The translations under genes and the position numbers were made by a program. Shown piece after piece: positions 1 through 9,937 of a DNA stretch of 64,000 bases. How positions within the stretch are numbered: position 1 is the first letter of the stretch; each line of letters starts with the position of its first letter. The stretch lies in IMG/VR virus record IMGVR_UViG_3300009095_000017, positions 247 to 64,246 of that record; one strand, written 5' to 3'. The stretch comes from a virus (taxonomy: Duplodnaviria; Caudoviricetes). The notes beneath the pieces were generated by a model, which was not told the DNA's origin, searched no databases, and saw nothing but the letters and a program-made list of their open reading frames with translations.

Positions 1-23
1 TATTGGAATTGGTTGACTGACGA

Positions 24-59
24 CATACAGGGGGAGGGCTCAAACCCTCCCCCTGTATG
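24..59. terminator. Intergenic hairpin (15-bp stem), phage hairpin family
   Basis: catacagggggaggg-ctcaaa-ccctccccctgtatg, directly downstream of the minus-strand Kelch gene. Confidence 0.75.
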
Positions 60-62
60 CCG

Positions 63-1016
63 CTATTCCAAGTGAACGGCCAGCAGTCGATTGTGCGCGC
101 CAGAAAAACTTCCTGTCGCGCTTCCACCGAAGATGTAGATACTCTTGTCAACTTTACAGCCAGCTGACATATGATGAATCGGAATGGTTGAACTGATCGT
201 TTTAAGAGATCCATTCTCGATGGCCATGGTTTTGGAGTTATACGTTCCACCGTACACGCTAGGGTGGAAGAAGATATTCTCACCAAATCCGATCACTACC
301 CCCGAACGGCTGGATAGGAGCCCATACCGCGTCGAGACATCGACCACTTCCAGTGTATCGAGGTTAACTTCATTCACCGTAGCAACCTCGACAATCGACG
401 AACCGCTGGTAGCATAGCCACCCATGACGAGAAGTTTATCACCGAGGCGCACAAAGTTGCCTTGGTAGACGTTTTTAAGTGGTGACAGTAATTCGGCACT
501 TTCCCATCTGTTAGTTACCGGATCGAATTTGTCGATGTACTGATGACCGTTTCGGCCGCCAACTAACCAAAGTTCTCCATTGCGTTCAAATGCGGTATGT
601 CTCAATCGCGGTCTCGGTAGGGGAGATAGGCTAGTCCATTTATCAGTAAACGGATCGTACCGACAAGCGCTGGTGGTTGGCGTCGGGGTGTTGGAGCCTG
701 TATTCGCACCGCCGGTTAAATAGATTTTCCCGTCCATCACGGCAAGGTGGGTGTGGGCTGTCGTGTTCACCAAACAGCTGGCCAGTTCTGTGGTTATGCC
801 GGTTTCAAGGTGGCGTCTGAAGAAGCGATAGTTAAATGAACCTCCAACGGTCCACCCTGGAAGGATGTAAAGATACCCGTCCAAGTACGCCATGGACGAC
901 CCAAAAGCCGATATCGGTAGCGTCCCTAAATTAACCGTTTCCTTGATAGCAATGGCGATGGTAGGGTTGTTGTCGGTGTTAGTCTTCCCGCTGCCCTGTA
1001 TTAGAGATTCGAGCAT
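63..1016 (-). CDS. Kelch-repeat beta-propeller protein
   Basis: Repeated Kelch signatures (hydrophobic-GG...Y...W), e.g. KIYLTGG...RYDPFTDKW and LWLVGG...KFDPVTNRW. Confidence 0.85.
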   Translation of the reverse strand: MLESLIQGSGKTNTDNNPTIAIAIKETVNLGTLPISAFGSSMAYLDGYLYILPGWTVGGSFNYRFFRRHLETGITTELASCLVNTTAHTHLAVMDGKIYLTGGANTGSNTPTPTTSACRYDPFTDKWTSLSPLPRPRLRHTAFERNGELWLVGGRNGHQYIDKFDPVTNRWESAELLSPLKNVYQGNFVRLGDKLLVMGGYATSGSSIVEVATVNEVNLDTLEVVDVSTRYGLLSSRSGVVIGFGENIFFHPSVYGGTYNSKTMAIENGSLKTISSTIPIHHMSAGCKVDKSIYIFGGSATGSFSGAHNRLLAVHLE

Positions 1017-1044
1017 GAGGTCCCCTGATTATGATTTATCTATA

Positions 1045-1086
1045 GCATAGAGAGGGAGGGAGCCTAGGCTCCCTCCCTCTCTATGC
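1045..1086. terminator. Perfect 42-bp palindrome, copy 1
   Basis: gcatagagagggagggagcctaggctccctccctctctatgc is self-complementary and identical to 2114-2155. Confidence 0.85.
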
Positions 1087-1096
1087 CTCCTATCCA

Positions 1097-2023
1097 CTAC
1101 CCGAGAGTGAACTTATAGATGTCACCGGTCCCAGATGAACTGGTTCCAGTTGGCGATCCACCATAAGCGTATATCACGTTCTTATCCATGGCATAACAGG
1201 CACCGAATCGTACGGTTGGCGTCGTTCCGATCTCCTCAACGACACCCTTCAGTCCACCGAGGGTAATCCTGAAGATTTTTGAAGAAACGACGTTGTTGTA
1301 TTGACCGGGGATGGCGTAAAACAGGTTTCGGTAATGGAAAAGATCCCCTAACCGCATTGCATTAACAAATCCGAATTGCGATGTGTAATCGACCCATTCA
1401 CCCGTTTCAAGATCAAGACGACTACCTTTATTAACAGGCACAGCCCCTGCCTGATAGCCACCGAGCATATAAACATACTTGCCTAGTTGAACGAACAATA
1501 ACTGCGCGTACGGGTGACTCACACCACTTGTGTCAAACGCAGACCATGTTCTAGACACAGGGTTGTAAACATGGACAGTAGTTACACCAAGACCACCCGC
1601 GACATAAATTTTCCCGCCATATACAGCAATTGCATGCTTCGACCTAGCGACGGGCATCGATGGTAACGTTTCCCACGTATTCGTTTCGATGTGGTAACGG
1701 GTGAAGTTTGTAGACGGTGCATCTGACCCGGTTATCGGCGTACCGCCCGATATGTAAATGTATCCTTCGTGGTGCAGTGCAACCGCAGTGAAGGCTGGCG
1801 AAGGTGGAACGGCCAAGGTGTCGATCTTAGAAGTGGTCAACTCCATTCGGTATAGCACACGTTGGGCGACTCCGGAACGATTTCGACCTGGTATTAAATA
1901 CATGTACCCATCGTGGATAACGGATATTCCGCTCAAACTGGTAGCGGGTGTGCTGCCAATGAGTTCAACAGACGTAATATCAGCCGGGGTATCACGCAAA
2001 GTCCCGTTTAGTAACTCAAACAT
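1097..2023 (-). CDS. Kelch-repeat beta-propeller protein
   Basis: YIYISGG...RYHIETNTW; KIYVAGG...VYNPVSRTW; VYMLGG. Paralogue of 63-1016. Confidence 0.85.
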   Translation of the reverse strand: MFELLNGTLRDTPADITSVELIGSTPATSLSGISVIHDGYMYLIPGRNRSGVAQRVLYRMELTTSKIDTLAVPPSPAFTAVALHHEGYIYISGGTPITGSDAPSTNFTRYHIETNTWETLPSMPVARSKHAIAVYGGKIYVAGGLGVTTVHVYNPVSRTWSAFDTSGVSHPYAQLLFVQLGKYVYMLGGYQAGAVPVNKGSRLDLETGEWVDYTSQFGFVNAMRLGDLFHYRNLFYAIPGQYNNVVSSKIFRITLGGLKGVVEEIGTTPTVRFGACYAMDKNVIYAYGGSPTGTSSSGTGDIYKFTLG

Positions 2024-2113
2024 TATAAACCCTCTGGGCAGTAAACTATACCATTTCGAATTTACAATGGTCAGACGAATAAAAATACCATGATCATCGA
2101 GAACGGAACTAAG

Positions 2114-2155
2114 GCATAGAGAGGGAGGGAGCCTAGGCTCCCTCCCTCTCTATGC
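2114..2155. terminator. Perfect 42-bp palindrome, copy 2
   Basis: Identical to 1045-1086. Confidence 0.85.
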
Positions 2156-2159
2156 TGTC

Positions 2160-3410
2160 TTATTCCTCTACTTCAGTACCAATCTCCAGCAAGAAGCCTG
2201 GCGAATAGGTAAAGGGTTTCAGCGAATCGCGGGTGCCGTCGATGCTGATGTTGTCTCGCCAGTTCGAGGTTTCGAACCGGTAGTGGTTGATGGCATTGTC
2301 GGTGATGGCGATGCTGTAACGATCGTGTTCCTTCATCGCTACATAGGCGGGCAATCGACCGCGATCAGTCATCAACGGCCACTCGGGGACACGATGGTAG
2401 ATGTAGCGACCCGGTAGGTAGGCGTATTCCAGCTTATGCGGTTCTACGTACAGGTTACTGGCATTGACCAGGATAACGAAACTGGTGCTCTGGGTCAACC
2501 AGCGTTTTAGCGCCTCGTCACTGTACATGCCGGGTACTTCGACATGTGTTGGGTTGAATTGCCCGATGTCGATCACTTCCAGCAAATGGTCGAGGTTCAG
2601 GAATTTACGCGAATCGAAGAAGCGGTGCATCAGTGAAAGACGCGTGGGATTGATCTTCAGCGTATCGGTACTGCGTACCGTGTACGCCTTGTCGACCACA
2701 TGCAGATATCCACCCAGTACCAGCATCGGAATCCGGTTACCAATCGCCTCCGGCAGTTTGATACAGATGCCGTCCTTGAGTTCCCCGCCGATGGTGTTCG
2801 GGTGGATCATCTCCTCGGTGATGTCGATGAACTGCAACTCGCCGATTTCTTCGAAGCTCAGCAAACCGATCTGGTGATCGTTGGCGTGCTGGACATTCAA
2901 CCCACCGTCACGAACGTAGATGCCCTGTTCATTATAGTCAGTACGGTGAACGTAACCATTGACCGTGACCAGACAGTGTTTATAGAACTGACCGTAGTCG
3001 ACATTGCTGCGGGTCAGGTGCAGATCCGTTAACTCTTCATCCGGGTAAGGCGTCTCTGCCGAGGCCATCCGGTGGATGAGTTCGATGCGGTACCCAGCCT
3101 GAAACGCTTCGGCGTACTTGACGGTGCGTACCACACTCTGCGGCAGCTTGGTTGACAAGGGCAACGAAGTGTTCCCGATCCCCGCGAGCCATTGAGCGAC
3201 CGTGGTAGTGGAATCGGCGCTTTGCAGGTGCAGCTGTGCATCCATCAGATTCAGTACTTGTTCACCTTCCAGCACGGGATGGCTCAGTACCAGATACACG
3301 GAACTATATCGTTCGAATACGTTATGAATGGGCTCTTCTCGAATATCTCGTTCGATCAATCGCCCACGCGACCCTCTGAATTTAACGAGGGCATGATGAA
3401 AGACATACAT
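2160..3410 (-). CDS. phiKZ-like conserved virion structural protein
   Basis: 416-aa ORF with phage codon usage, divergent from the tail-fibre cluster. Resembles conserved phiKZ-like virion proteins (recognition only). Confidence 0.55.
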   Translation of the reverse strand: MYVFHHALVKFRGSRGRLIERDIREEPIHNVFERYSSVYLVLSHPVLEGEQVLNLMDAQLHLQSADSTTTVAQWLAGIGNTSLPLSTKLPQSVVRTVKYAEAFQAGYRIELIHRMASAETPYPDEELTDLHLTRSNVDYGQFYKHCLVTVNGYVHRTDYNEQGIYVRDGGLNVQHANDHQIGLLSFEEIGELQFIDITEEMIHPNTIGGELKDGICIKLPEAIGNRIPMLVLGGYLHVVDKAYTVRSTDTLKINPTRLSLMHRFFDSRKFLNLDHLLEVIDIGQFNPTHVEVPGMYSDEALKRWLTQSTSFVILVNASNLYVEPHKLEYAYLPGRYIYHRVPEWPLMTDRGRLPAYVAMKEHDRYSIAITDNAINHYRFETSNWRDNISIDGTRDSLKPFTYSPGFLLEIGTEVEE

Positions 3411-3488
3411 GGAAGGTCCTCTGCAATCTTATGCCAAGTAGTTTTTTTAAAGGATTTCATACCATCCTCCACCCACTAGGAGTCTGTC

Positions 3489-6008
3489 ATGAGTACTCAA
3501 ATGTACCTGTATCCGTTCGATCCTACGGGGTTGGCGGAAACGAACAAGATAACGAATGAGCGGCACACGATCCTTGCGCCGTCCATGCTCGATTTCTTTT
3601 TTATTGTACCGAAGTGCGCGCCGTACTTTCGTCGTTCGATGAAGGTGCGTCACATCACCACCGGTCGAGTGCTGACGGAAGGCATTGACTTCACCTGCAC
3701 GCACCTCTTCCACGAGGCGTCTCACAGCATCGGTCAGCCGATCTATGGTTCGATCACCTTCTACGACCATACCCTGACGGGTCAAGTGTCGTTGGAGTAC
3801 CAGACCATCGGTGGCGATTGGACCATTGACGAAGCCACCATCGCTCGACTGCTGGCCAACTATACCACCAATCCCCGTGTCACCACATGGGAGCAAGTGG
3901 TCAGTCGACCGTACCAGTTCCCGCCGATCAACCATGAATTCGACATCGACGACTTCTATGGTGCCAGTGACATCGTCGAAGTGCTAAGGACCATCAAAGG
4001 TTCGATCGACCAATCGGGTGCGGCCGGTCTGAATACGCACATTGCGGACATCAATAACCCTCACCAAGTGACGAAGGCACAGGTCGGTCTTGGTCTGGTG
4101 ATGAACTATCCGATTGCCACGCAAGGCGAAGCCCAGAACGCAACCTCTAACGCGGTCTACATGACCCCACTGCGGACCAAACAAGCGATTGAGGCTATCG
4201 CAATCGCTGCACTGGATGTACACCGCAACGATAAATCCAATCCGCACGAAGTCACCAAAGTGCAAGTCGGCCTGGGTAACCTTGAAAACTACCCGGTGGC
4301 TACGCTGGAGCAGGCACGAACTGGTACGTCGGGTTCTGTCTACATGACCGCCGAACGAGTCAAGGATGCGATCACCGCACAAGTGCGCACTGACTTCGAT
4401 GCGTTCGTACGGCGTCGCGACAACCCGCATGTTGTGACCAAAACGCAAGTGGGTTTGGAACTACTGGAGAATTATCCGGTAGCTACCAAACAGCAAGCTG
4501 AAGACGGTAACTCGAACACGGTTTACATGACCGCGCTACGCGTTAAAGAAGCCATCACTGCACAGTTCACCACTGGTATCAACGTGCACTTGGATGACCG
4601 CAATAACCCGCACATGGTCACCAAGGCGCAAGTGGGTTTGGGTAATGTCGAGAACTTTGCCATCGCCACGGAAGACGAGGCCCGTTCGGGTACGTCCAGT
4701 ACGGCTTACATGACCCCCTTGCGGGTACGTCAAGCGATTGACGCGATGGGTGGTTCGGTAGATAGCCACATCGAAAGCCGTGATAATCCACACCAAGTGA
4801 CGAAGGTGCAGGTAGGACTCGGCAATGTCGAGAACTATACAGTTGCCACTCAGGCTGAAGCTGAAAGTGGTTCATCGAATGCCGTATACATGACCCCACT
4901 GCGCGTCAAGCAAGCCATTGCAGTTTTGGGTGGCGGCATGAATGCTCACGCTAGCGATACGGATAACCCTCACAGGGTCACTGCTGAACAGGTGGGTGCC
5001 TACGATAAACCAGCGATCGATCTGCGTTTCGTATCAATCCAATCCTCCATCAATGACCTTGCGTTGAACTTAGCTGAAAAACTTGGCCGGTCGGAAACCG
5101 CCGCCAACTCAAGGCTTCTTGATGGCAAGGCTGAAAATCAGCTAAGTGTGGCAAACGCTGATCGCTTGGGCGGTAAATCTATCGGCGATATCATCTCGGA
5201 AATTGGCTCAAGTCAATCAGCAGTTGTCATTATCCGCGCATACGAGGAGACTATAGACGAACCGATTAACTATATGGAGCTGTTCCGCTACCAGGTACGT
5301 TTGATCGACTCGGCCGATTCCTCGTATCTTTACAACTACGGTACGCTGTCCATCACGGTTGCCGGCTTTGAGCAAATGCCAGCAACCTTGTCCAATAAGT
5401 TCGAACTGACTTTCAGTTTTGAAATGCAGGCAGATGCCGTTAAGGTCAAAGATATCTATTCGTCTGTCGATACCAATTTACTCGATCCGTCGGTAGTACC
5501 GATGTACTACATCGAGACAGATCAAGATGGCAATCAGGAATTTGTATTCGGCTTAAAGACAGCAGGTAATCGTAAAGACGGTTATGTAATAGCGCCAGCG
5601 ATTAGTCTCATCTATGAGCCTTTCGTCGAGCCGGTTAACGTTGTACCGGACGATGCTATTGCTGTCAATGTAGCACCACCTAAAGCGGCGGACAGTGCTC
5701 TGCTTAATGGTAAAACCGAAAATCAGTTGGATGTAGCGAACGCTACTCGACTGGACGGCCATACCTACGCCGAGTTGATTTCTGTTGTAGATACCGCCGT
5801 TCAAGATCTTGTCAGTCAGTCGCAACTGACGAGCGCTCTAGAGGACAAGATCAGTCAAGTCCAGCTGGATAGCGCTCTAGAGGACAAGATCAGTCAAGTC
5901 CAGCTGGATAGCGCAGTAGAAGATCTGGTGGATAATGCGCAACTCGATTCGATAGTTCAGTCACTGACGACTATCTTCACCGAAGCGCTCGGGCAGCTTA
6001 ATTCCTGA
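3489..6008 (+). CDS. Tail fibre-related virion protein with NPHxVTKxQVGLGxxENY repeats (phiKZ gp145/gp146-like)
   Basis: N-terminal YPFDPTG...N.I..E.H domain typical of phiKZ-like tail proteins, followed by about six ~62-aa repeats. Confidence 0.75.
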   Translation: MSTQMYLYPFDPTGLAETNKITNERHTILAPSMLDFFFIVPKCAPYFRRSMKVRHITTGRVLTEGIDFTCTHLFHEASHSIGQPIYGSITFYDHTLTGQVSLEYQTIGGDWTIDEATIARLLANYTTNPRVTTWEQVVSRPYQFPPINHEFDIDDFYGASDIVEVLRTIKGSIDQSGAAGLNTHIADINNPHQVTKAQVGLGLVMNYPIATQGEAQNATSNAVYMTPLRTKQAIEAIAIAALDVHRNDKSNPHEVTKVQVGLGNLENYPVATLEQARTGTSGSVYMTAERVKDAITAQVRTDFDAFVRRRDNPHVVTKTQVGLELLENYPVATKQQAEDGNSNTVYMTALRVKEAITAQFTTGINVHLDDRNNPHMVTKAQVGLGNVENFAIATEDEARSGTSSTAYMTPLRVRQAIDAMGGSVDSHIESRDNPHQVTKVQVGLGNVENYTVATQAEAESGSSNAVYMTPLRVKQAIAVLGGGMNAHASDTDNPHRVTAEQVGAYDKPAIDLRFVSIQSSINDLALNLAEKLGRSETAANSRLLDGKAENQLSVANADRLGGKSIGDIISEIGSSQSAVVIIRAYEETIDEPINYMELFRYQVRLIDSADSSYLYNYGTLSITVAGFEQMPATLSNKFELTFSFEMQADAVKVKDIYSSVDTNLLDPSVVPMYYIETDQDGNQEFVFGLKTAGNRKDGYVIAPAISLIYEPFVEPVNVVPDDAIAVNVAPPKAADSALLNGKTENQLDVANATRLDGHTYAELISVVDTAVQDLVSQSQLTSALEDKISQVQLDSALEDKISQVQLDSAVEDLVDNAQLDSIVQSLTTIFTEALGQLNS
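5832..5914 (+). repeat. Exact 39-bp in-frame tandem repeat x2 (SALEDKISQVQLD)
   Basis: agcgctctagaggacaagatcagtcaagtccagctggat at 5832-5870 and 5871-5909, plus a partial third copy. Confidence 0.9.
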
Positions 6009-6086
6009 TATGGAGGGTACGGATTTTAAAATCCGTACCCTCCATCTTTTAGGGGTAGTTGTATTCAGATTTAAAAGGATACGTTC

Positions 6087-6728
6087 ATGTCCAGACAACA
6101 GATGTTGGTTGAACTACAAACAAAAGTCAGTGCCTATTTAACAGCATTCAAGCAGCACGCCGCCAATCGCGTAGCGTTTGCTGAAAATGCACAAAACGCC
6201 CTCAAGTTTGATGGACGTACCCCGGTTGAATTTCTCAATGACCTCCAGGCGGATATCCTCGCGCATAATACCGATACGGATAACCCGCACAATGACACAG
6301 CGGCTGGACTGGGTCTTCGAACCCGTAGCGAAATCGATGCATTGGTGTCCGGCCTCGGCGGCGGCAATGGGAATACATTTCCCATCCCGGTGACGTGGAT
6401 TCCGAAGCTGACATTGACGTACACTGACTGGACGTTACAGCTTTCGTCCAGTAACAATGTCGTGTTCGATGGGGTCACGTATACCTTGCCACCACAAGTC
6501 GTACCGATTGACCCGGAAAATCATGCCAGTCGGACGATGTTCCTCGGGGTGGCGCTGGATGAAAATACCAATGTGACGTATCTGTACGCCACAGAAATGC
6601 CGATACTCGACGATGCTGTAAACATTTACGTAGGGCAGTTAACCACAGATGACATGGGGATCACTGCTGTGACTACCGCCGAAGTGGTCCGATTGCTGGG
6701 TCGACAACGAATTTCGGAATTGGAGTAA
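6087..6728 (+). CDS. Tail-associated protein, NPH-motif paralogue 1
   Basis: 213 aa; FDG...DNPHNDT motif shared with the two downstream ORFs and the fibre repeats. Confidence 0.65.
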   Translation: MSRQQMLVELQTKVSAYLTAFKQHAANRVAFAENAQNALKFDGRTPVEFLNDLQADILAHNTDTDNPHNDTAAGLGLRTRSEIDALVSGLGGGNGNTFPIPVTWIPKLTLTYTDWTLQLSSSNNVVFDGVTYTLPPQVVPIDPENHASRTMFLGVALDENTNVTYLYATEMPILDDAVNIYVGQLTTDDMGITAVTTAEVVRLLGRQRISELE

Positions 6729-6731
6729 GTC

Positions 6732-7370
6732 ATGAGTGACCTTGTCCCATTGTTGGCCGCGATGCGAAATTTGATGATTGATAACATCGGACCTCAGATC
6801 AAGCAGCAGCTCGAAACAGTACCGACGGCGAAGAACAGCACGTCCCTGAATGGCCAGACCTACGCGGCGGCTTTATCCTCATCGACGTTGGGCGCTGTTG
6901 TCGAACACATCGAAACGAACGGTAGCAATCCACATAACCTCACCCCGGCACTTGTGGACGCCTACACCCCAGAAGAGCAAGATACCCTGTTAGCGAATGT
7001 CGACGACGGTGCTGTTCCGTTAACCGGGATGATCATGGTCGTGTATTACGGCAAAGAAGTCATCCCGCATCAGTACCCGAACGACTTCTCGCTGACCATC
7101 GAGGCTGGCGTACCGTGTTACCTGTACGGCGTTGGCAAATACCTACCCGAATTGTCGATTGATTACACCGGCGAACCGGATGCAATCGGTAAGACGTTTT
7201 CCATCTTCATCGACCTAGACTCTGACAATGACGATATCCGTTACATAGTCGACGTCCCAGAAGCATACAGCGGTGAAGGTATGGAGATCGGGAATTTCAC
7301 GGTGACAGAAGCAGGTATTGAAAACTTGGTCCTCACGCCTATTCGAAACTTCACCATGATTCCTCTGTGA
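6732..7370 (+). CDS. Tail-associated protein, NPH-motif paralogue 2
   Basis: 212 aa; LNG...SNPHNLT motif. Confidence 0.65.
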   Translation: MSDLVPLLAAMRNLMIDNIGPQIKQQLETVPTAKNSTSLNGQTYAAALSSSTLGAVVEHIETNGSNPHNLTPALVDAYTPEEQDTLLANVDDGAVPLTGMIMVVYYGKEVIPHQYPNDFSLTIEAGVPCYLYGVGKYLPELSIDYTGEPDAIGKTFSIFIDLDSDNDDIRYIVDVPEAYSGEGMEIGNFTVTEAGIENLVLTPIRNFTMIPL

Positions 7371-7377
7371 GGTTAAC

Positions 7378-8010
7378 ATGAACGAACAGAATGAAAATGC
7401 ATTGGAGATGCTGGAAGTGCTCGATGCATTTTTTACTGAACTGGTGCAGTTGACCAAGACTGTACCGGATACGGTTGAACAAAGCAATGACGCCTCTTTA
7501 TTCGATGGCAAAAGCCTCGACGAATGGATTGACGAAGCACTTCAACTACTCGCCGGTCATTTGGTCGCTGGACAAAACCCCCATCAGGTAACCGCGGCAC
7601 AACTGGATACCTATAGCAAGGCAGAGTTCAATGCCTTGCTGGAAAATTCCGGCAATCCGTCACACGGACTGCCCTGGGTACAATTCGGCATGGGTGTAGG
7701 TAACTTGACGGTGGTTGGCGGAAACATGCATCTCAACATGCCACACGTACCGGTTATCTGGACCAATTGGTCGATGCAGTTTATCCCAGAACAGTCTATC
7801 AGCTGTGAGCCCAATTCCACTACACTGATCTACCTTGAGCACGATAACGGTACGTTCGGTTATCACGCGTCGACAACTGAGCTGGAAGAGACCGAAGATC
7901 GACTCTTTCTTGGCACGGCGATTTCCAATGAAACGGTCTTTACCAGCATTGACATCAGGCAGCTTATCCGCATTGGCTCGACTGTGATCAAGCCTGAACA
8001 TTTCAACTGA
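7378..8010 (+). CDS. Tail-associated protein, NPH-motif paralogue 3
   Basis: 210 aa; FDG...QNPHQVT motif. Confidence 0.65.
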   Translation: MNEQNENALEMLEVLDAFFTELVQLTKTVPDTVEQSNDASLFDGKSLDEWIDEALQLLAGHLVAGQNPHQVTAAQLDTYSKAEFNALLENSGNPSHGLPWVQFGMGVGNLTVVGGNMHLNMPHVPVIWTNWSMQFIPEQSISCEPNSTTLIYLEHDNGTFGYHASTTELEETEDRLFLGTAISNETVFTSIDIRQLIRIGSTVIKPEHFN

Positions 8011-8027
8011 ATATGGATGAGTAACAC

Positions 8028-9929
8028 ATGAGCACAAGACCTTTGCTGATCAAGTACCCGCTTGATCTCATGGGGACGAACCCCAGCAACTTGGTAGTTG
8101 ACGAACCCCACACCTTGGGTGTTGACAAGGACCGTTGCATCGTCACCAATGCTGGCCCGTTCTTCACCGAAAGCGTTATCATCAAGGAAGCCCATACGGG
8201 CCGTATTCTGCAACCCATGCAGAACTACAAGATCCTTCAACCTTACCAGGAAGCATCTCTTCGTTCGGGACAGGATGTCTCGGCTGTCATCTACGTCGAC
8301 GACCTGAATGTCTCGACAGACATCCTCGTGACCTATCGTGCGGTAGGCGGAGAGTTCTCGTGGGCGGTGTACGCCATCCGCGAGATGATCGATCAGCTGA
8401 ACCTTGACGAACGTCCGGTCAACTGGGGTGACATCATCGGTACACCGAATACCTTCACACCGACCCCTCACCTACACGACCTTGGCGATACGTACGGTTG
8501 GGAATACATCGGTTATCAACTGGAAGGTATCCGTGATAGCATTTTGACCGGTGATGCGGCGAGTCACGATGAGTTGCGCCAGCAGTTCATCTATTTGAAT
8601 ACCCAGATGCAGACGTACGTCGACGCGTTCAAGGACGAGTTTAATCGTCACGAAAATGATAAAGCTAACCCGCACCAAGTGACGAAGACGCAGGTCGGAC
8701 TCGGTTTCGTTGAGAACTATCCACCCGCCTCTTCGACCGAAGCGCTGGCTGGCACGGTGAACAACCGCTACATGACGCCGCTTCGTGTCGCTGAACTGTC
8801 TAACCGGATCGCCAGCGAACTGCTCAATGTTCACACTTCCAACAAGAGCAATCCGCATGCGGTCACCAAGGCGCAAGTTGGACTCGGGTCAGTTGAAAAC
8901 TACGGTATTTCGACAGATGCAGAAGCAACGGCAGGTACTAGCAATCTCAAGTACATGACCCCGTTGCGGACCAAACAAGCGATCGAAGCGATTGCAATCG
9001 CTGCACTGAATGGCCATAAAAACGATAAGGCTAACCCACACGGGGTCACTAAGGCGCAAGTCGGTCTGGGCAGTGTGGAAAACTACCCACCGGCATCGAT
9101 TAACGAGGGCTTGGCCGGTACGGCAACCAACCGTTACATGACCCCTCTGCGCACCAAGGAAGCTATTGCGGAGTTTGCCGGCAACAAGTTGAACGCGCAC
9201 CTGAATGACAAGAGCAATCCTCACCAGGTGACCAAAGCCCAAGTGGGTCTGGGATCGGTTGAGAACTTGGCACTGGCTACTGAAGCAGAAGCCAAGGCGG
9301 GGGCTACCTCGGTTAACACCAAGTACATGACCCCGTTGCGGACGTATCAGGCCATTCAGCACTTGGCTCTCACGCCACTGAATACTCACATTAACAACAA
9401 AACCAACCCACATGGCGTGACCAAAGCCCAAGTGGGTCTGGGATCGGTTGAGAATTACCCGATTGCAACTCAGGTTGAGGCCCGAGCAGGTACGGTGAAC
9501 AACCGCTACATGACGCCGCTTCGCGTCGCTGAATTTTTCGCTAATGCGAAGATCAACCTTCCAGTCGGTTATGTTTATATCCAGTTTCCCGGACGTACAT
9601 CCCCATCCGATCTATTCGGTGGCACTTGGCAACTTATCTTCAATACGGAGGGTATATTCTTCCGTACCGAAGGTGGCAACGCTAATGGTTTCGGCGCGGG
9701 CATTCAGGAAGATGGCGGACGACCTATCAATGGTTGGTTCCGGTCATTCGATCGCGGTTACGGCTCCATTTCTGGAGGCAATTTCCGAGATGATGGCAAT
9801 TGGTCGGCTAGCGTAAAAAGCGGTGCGGGCGACAGCTGGGGTTCTCTCGTCGGCATTAATGTGAGCAATGCTGCAAATGAATACCGCCCTCGTAACCGCA
9901 CGTGGCGCATTTGGGTTAAAATCTCATAA
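8028..9929 (+). CDS. Tail fibre protein (phiKZ gp145/gp146-like N-terminus, NPHxVTK repeats, distinct C-terminal tip)
   Basis: KYPLDLMGTNPSN..E.H N-terminus; five repeats; tip PVGYVYIQFPG...GGTW...RPRNRTWRIW. Confidence 0.8.
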   Translation: MSTRPLLIKYPLDLMGTNPSNLVVDEPHTLGVDKDRCIVTNAGPFFTESVIIKEAHTGRILQPMQNYKILQPYQEASLRSGQDVSAVIYVDDLNVSTDILVTYRAVGGEFSWAVYAIREMIDQLNLDERPVNWGDIIGTPNTFTPTPHLHDLGDTYGWEYIGYQLEGIRDSILTGDAASHDELRQQFIYLNTQMQTYVDAFKDEFNRHENDKANPHQVTKTQVGLGFVENYPPASSTEALAGTVNNRYMTPLRVAELSNRIASELLNVHTSNKSNPHAVTKAQVGLGSVENYGISTDAEATAGTSNLKYMTPLRTKQAIEAIAIAALNGHKNDKANPHGVTKAQVGLGSVENYPPASINEGLAGTATNRYMTPLRTKEAIAEFAGNKLNAHLNDKSNPHQVTKAQVGLGSVENLALATEAEAKAGATSVNTKYMTPLRTYQAIQHLALTPLNTHINNKTNPHGVTKAQVGLGSVENYPIATQVEARAGTVNNRYMTPLRVAEFFANAKINLPVGYVYIQFPGRTSPSDLFGGTWQLIFNTEGIFFRTEGGNANGFGAGIQEDGGRPINGWFRSFDRGYGSISGGNFRDDGNWSASVKSGAGDSWGSLVGINVSNAANEYRPRNRTWRIWVKIS

Positions 9930-9937
9930 GGTGAATT

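Noticed and set aside
4040-9530. Regularly spaced repeats as a CRISPR array or DGR TR/VR pair
   Set aside because: They are in-frame protein repeats; there is no cas or reverse transcriptase gene and no adenine-specific variation.
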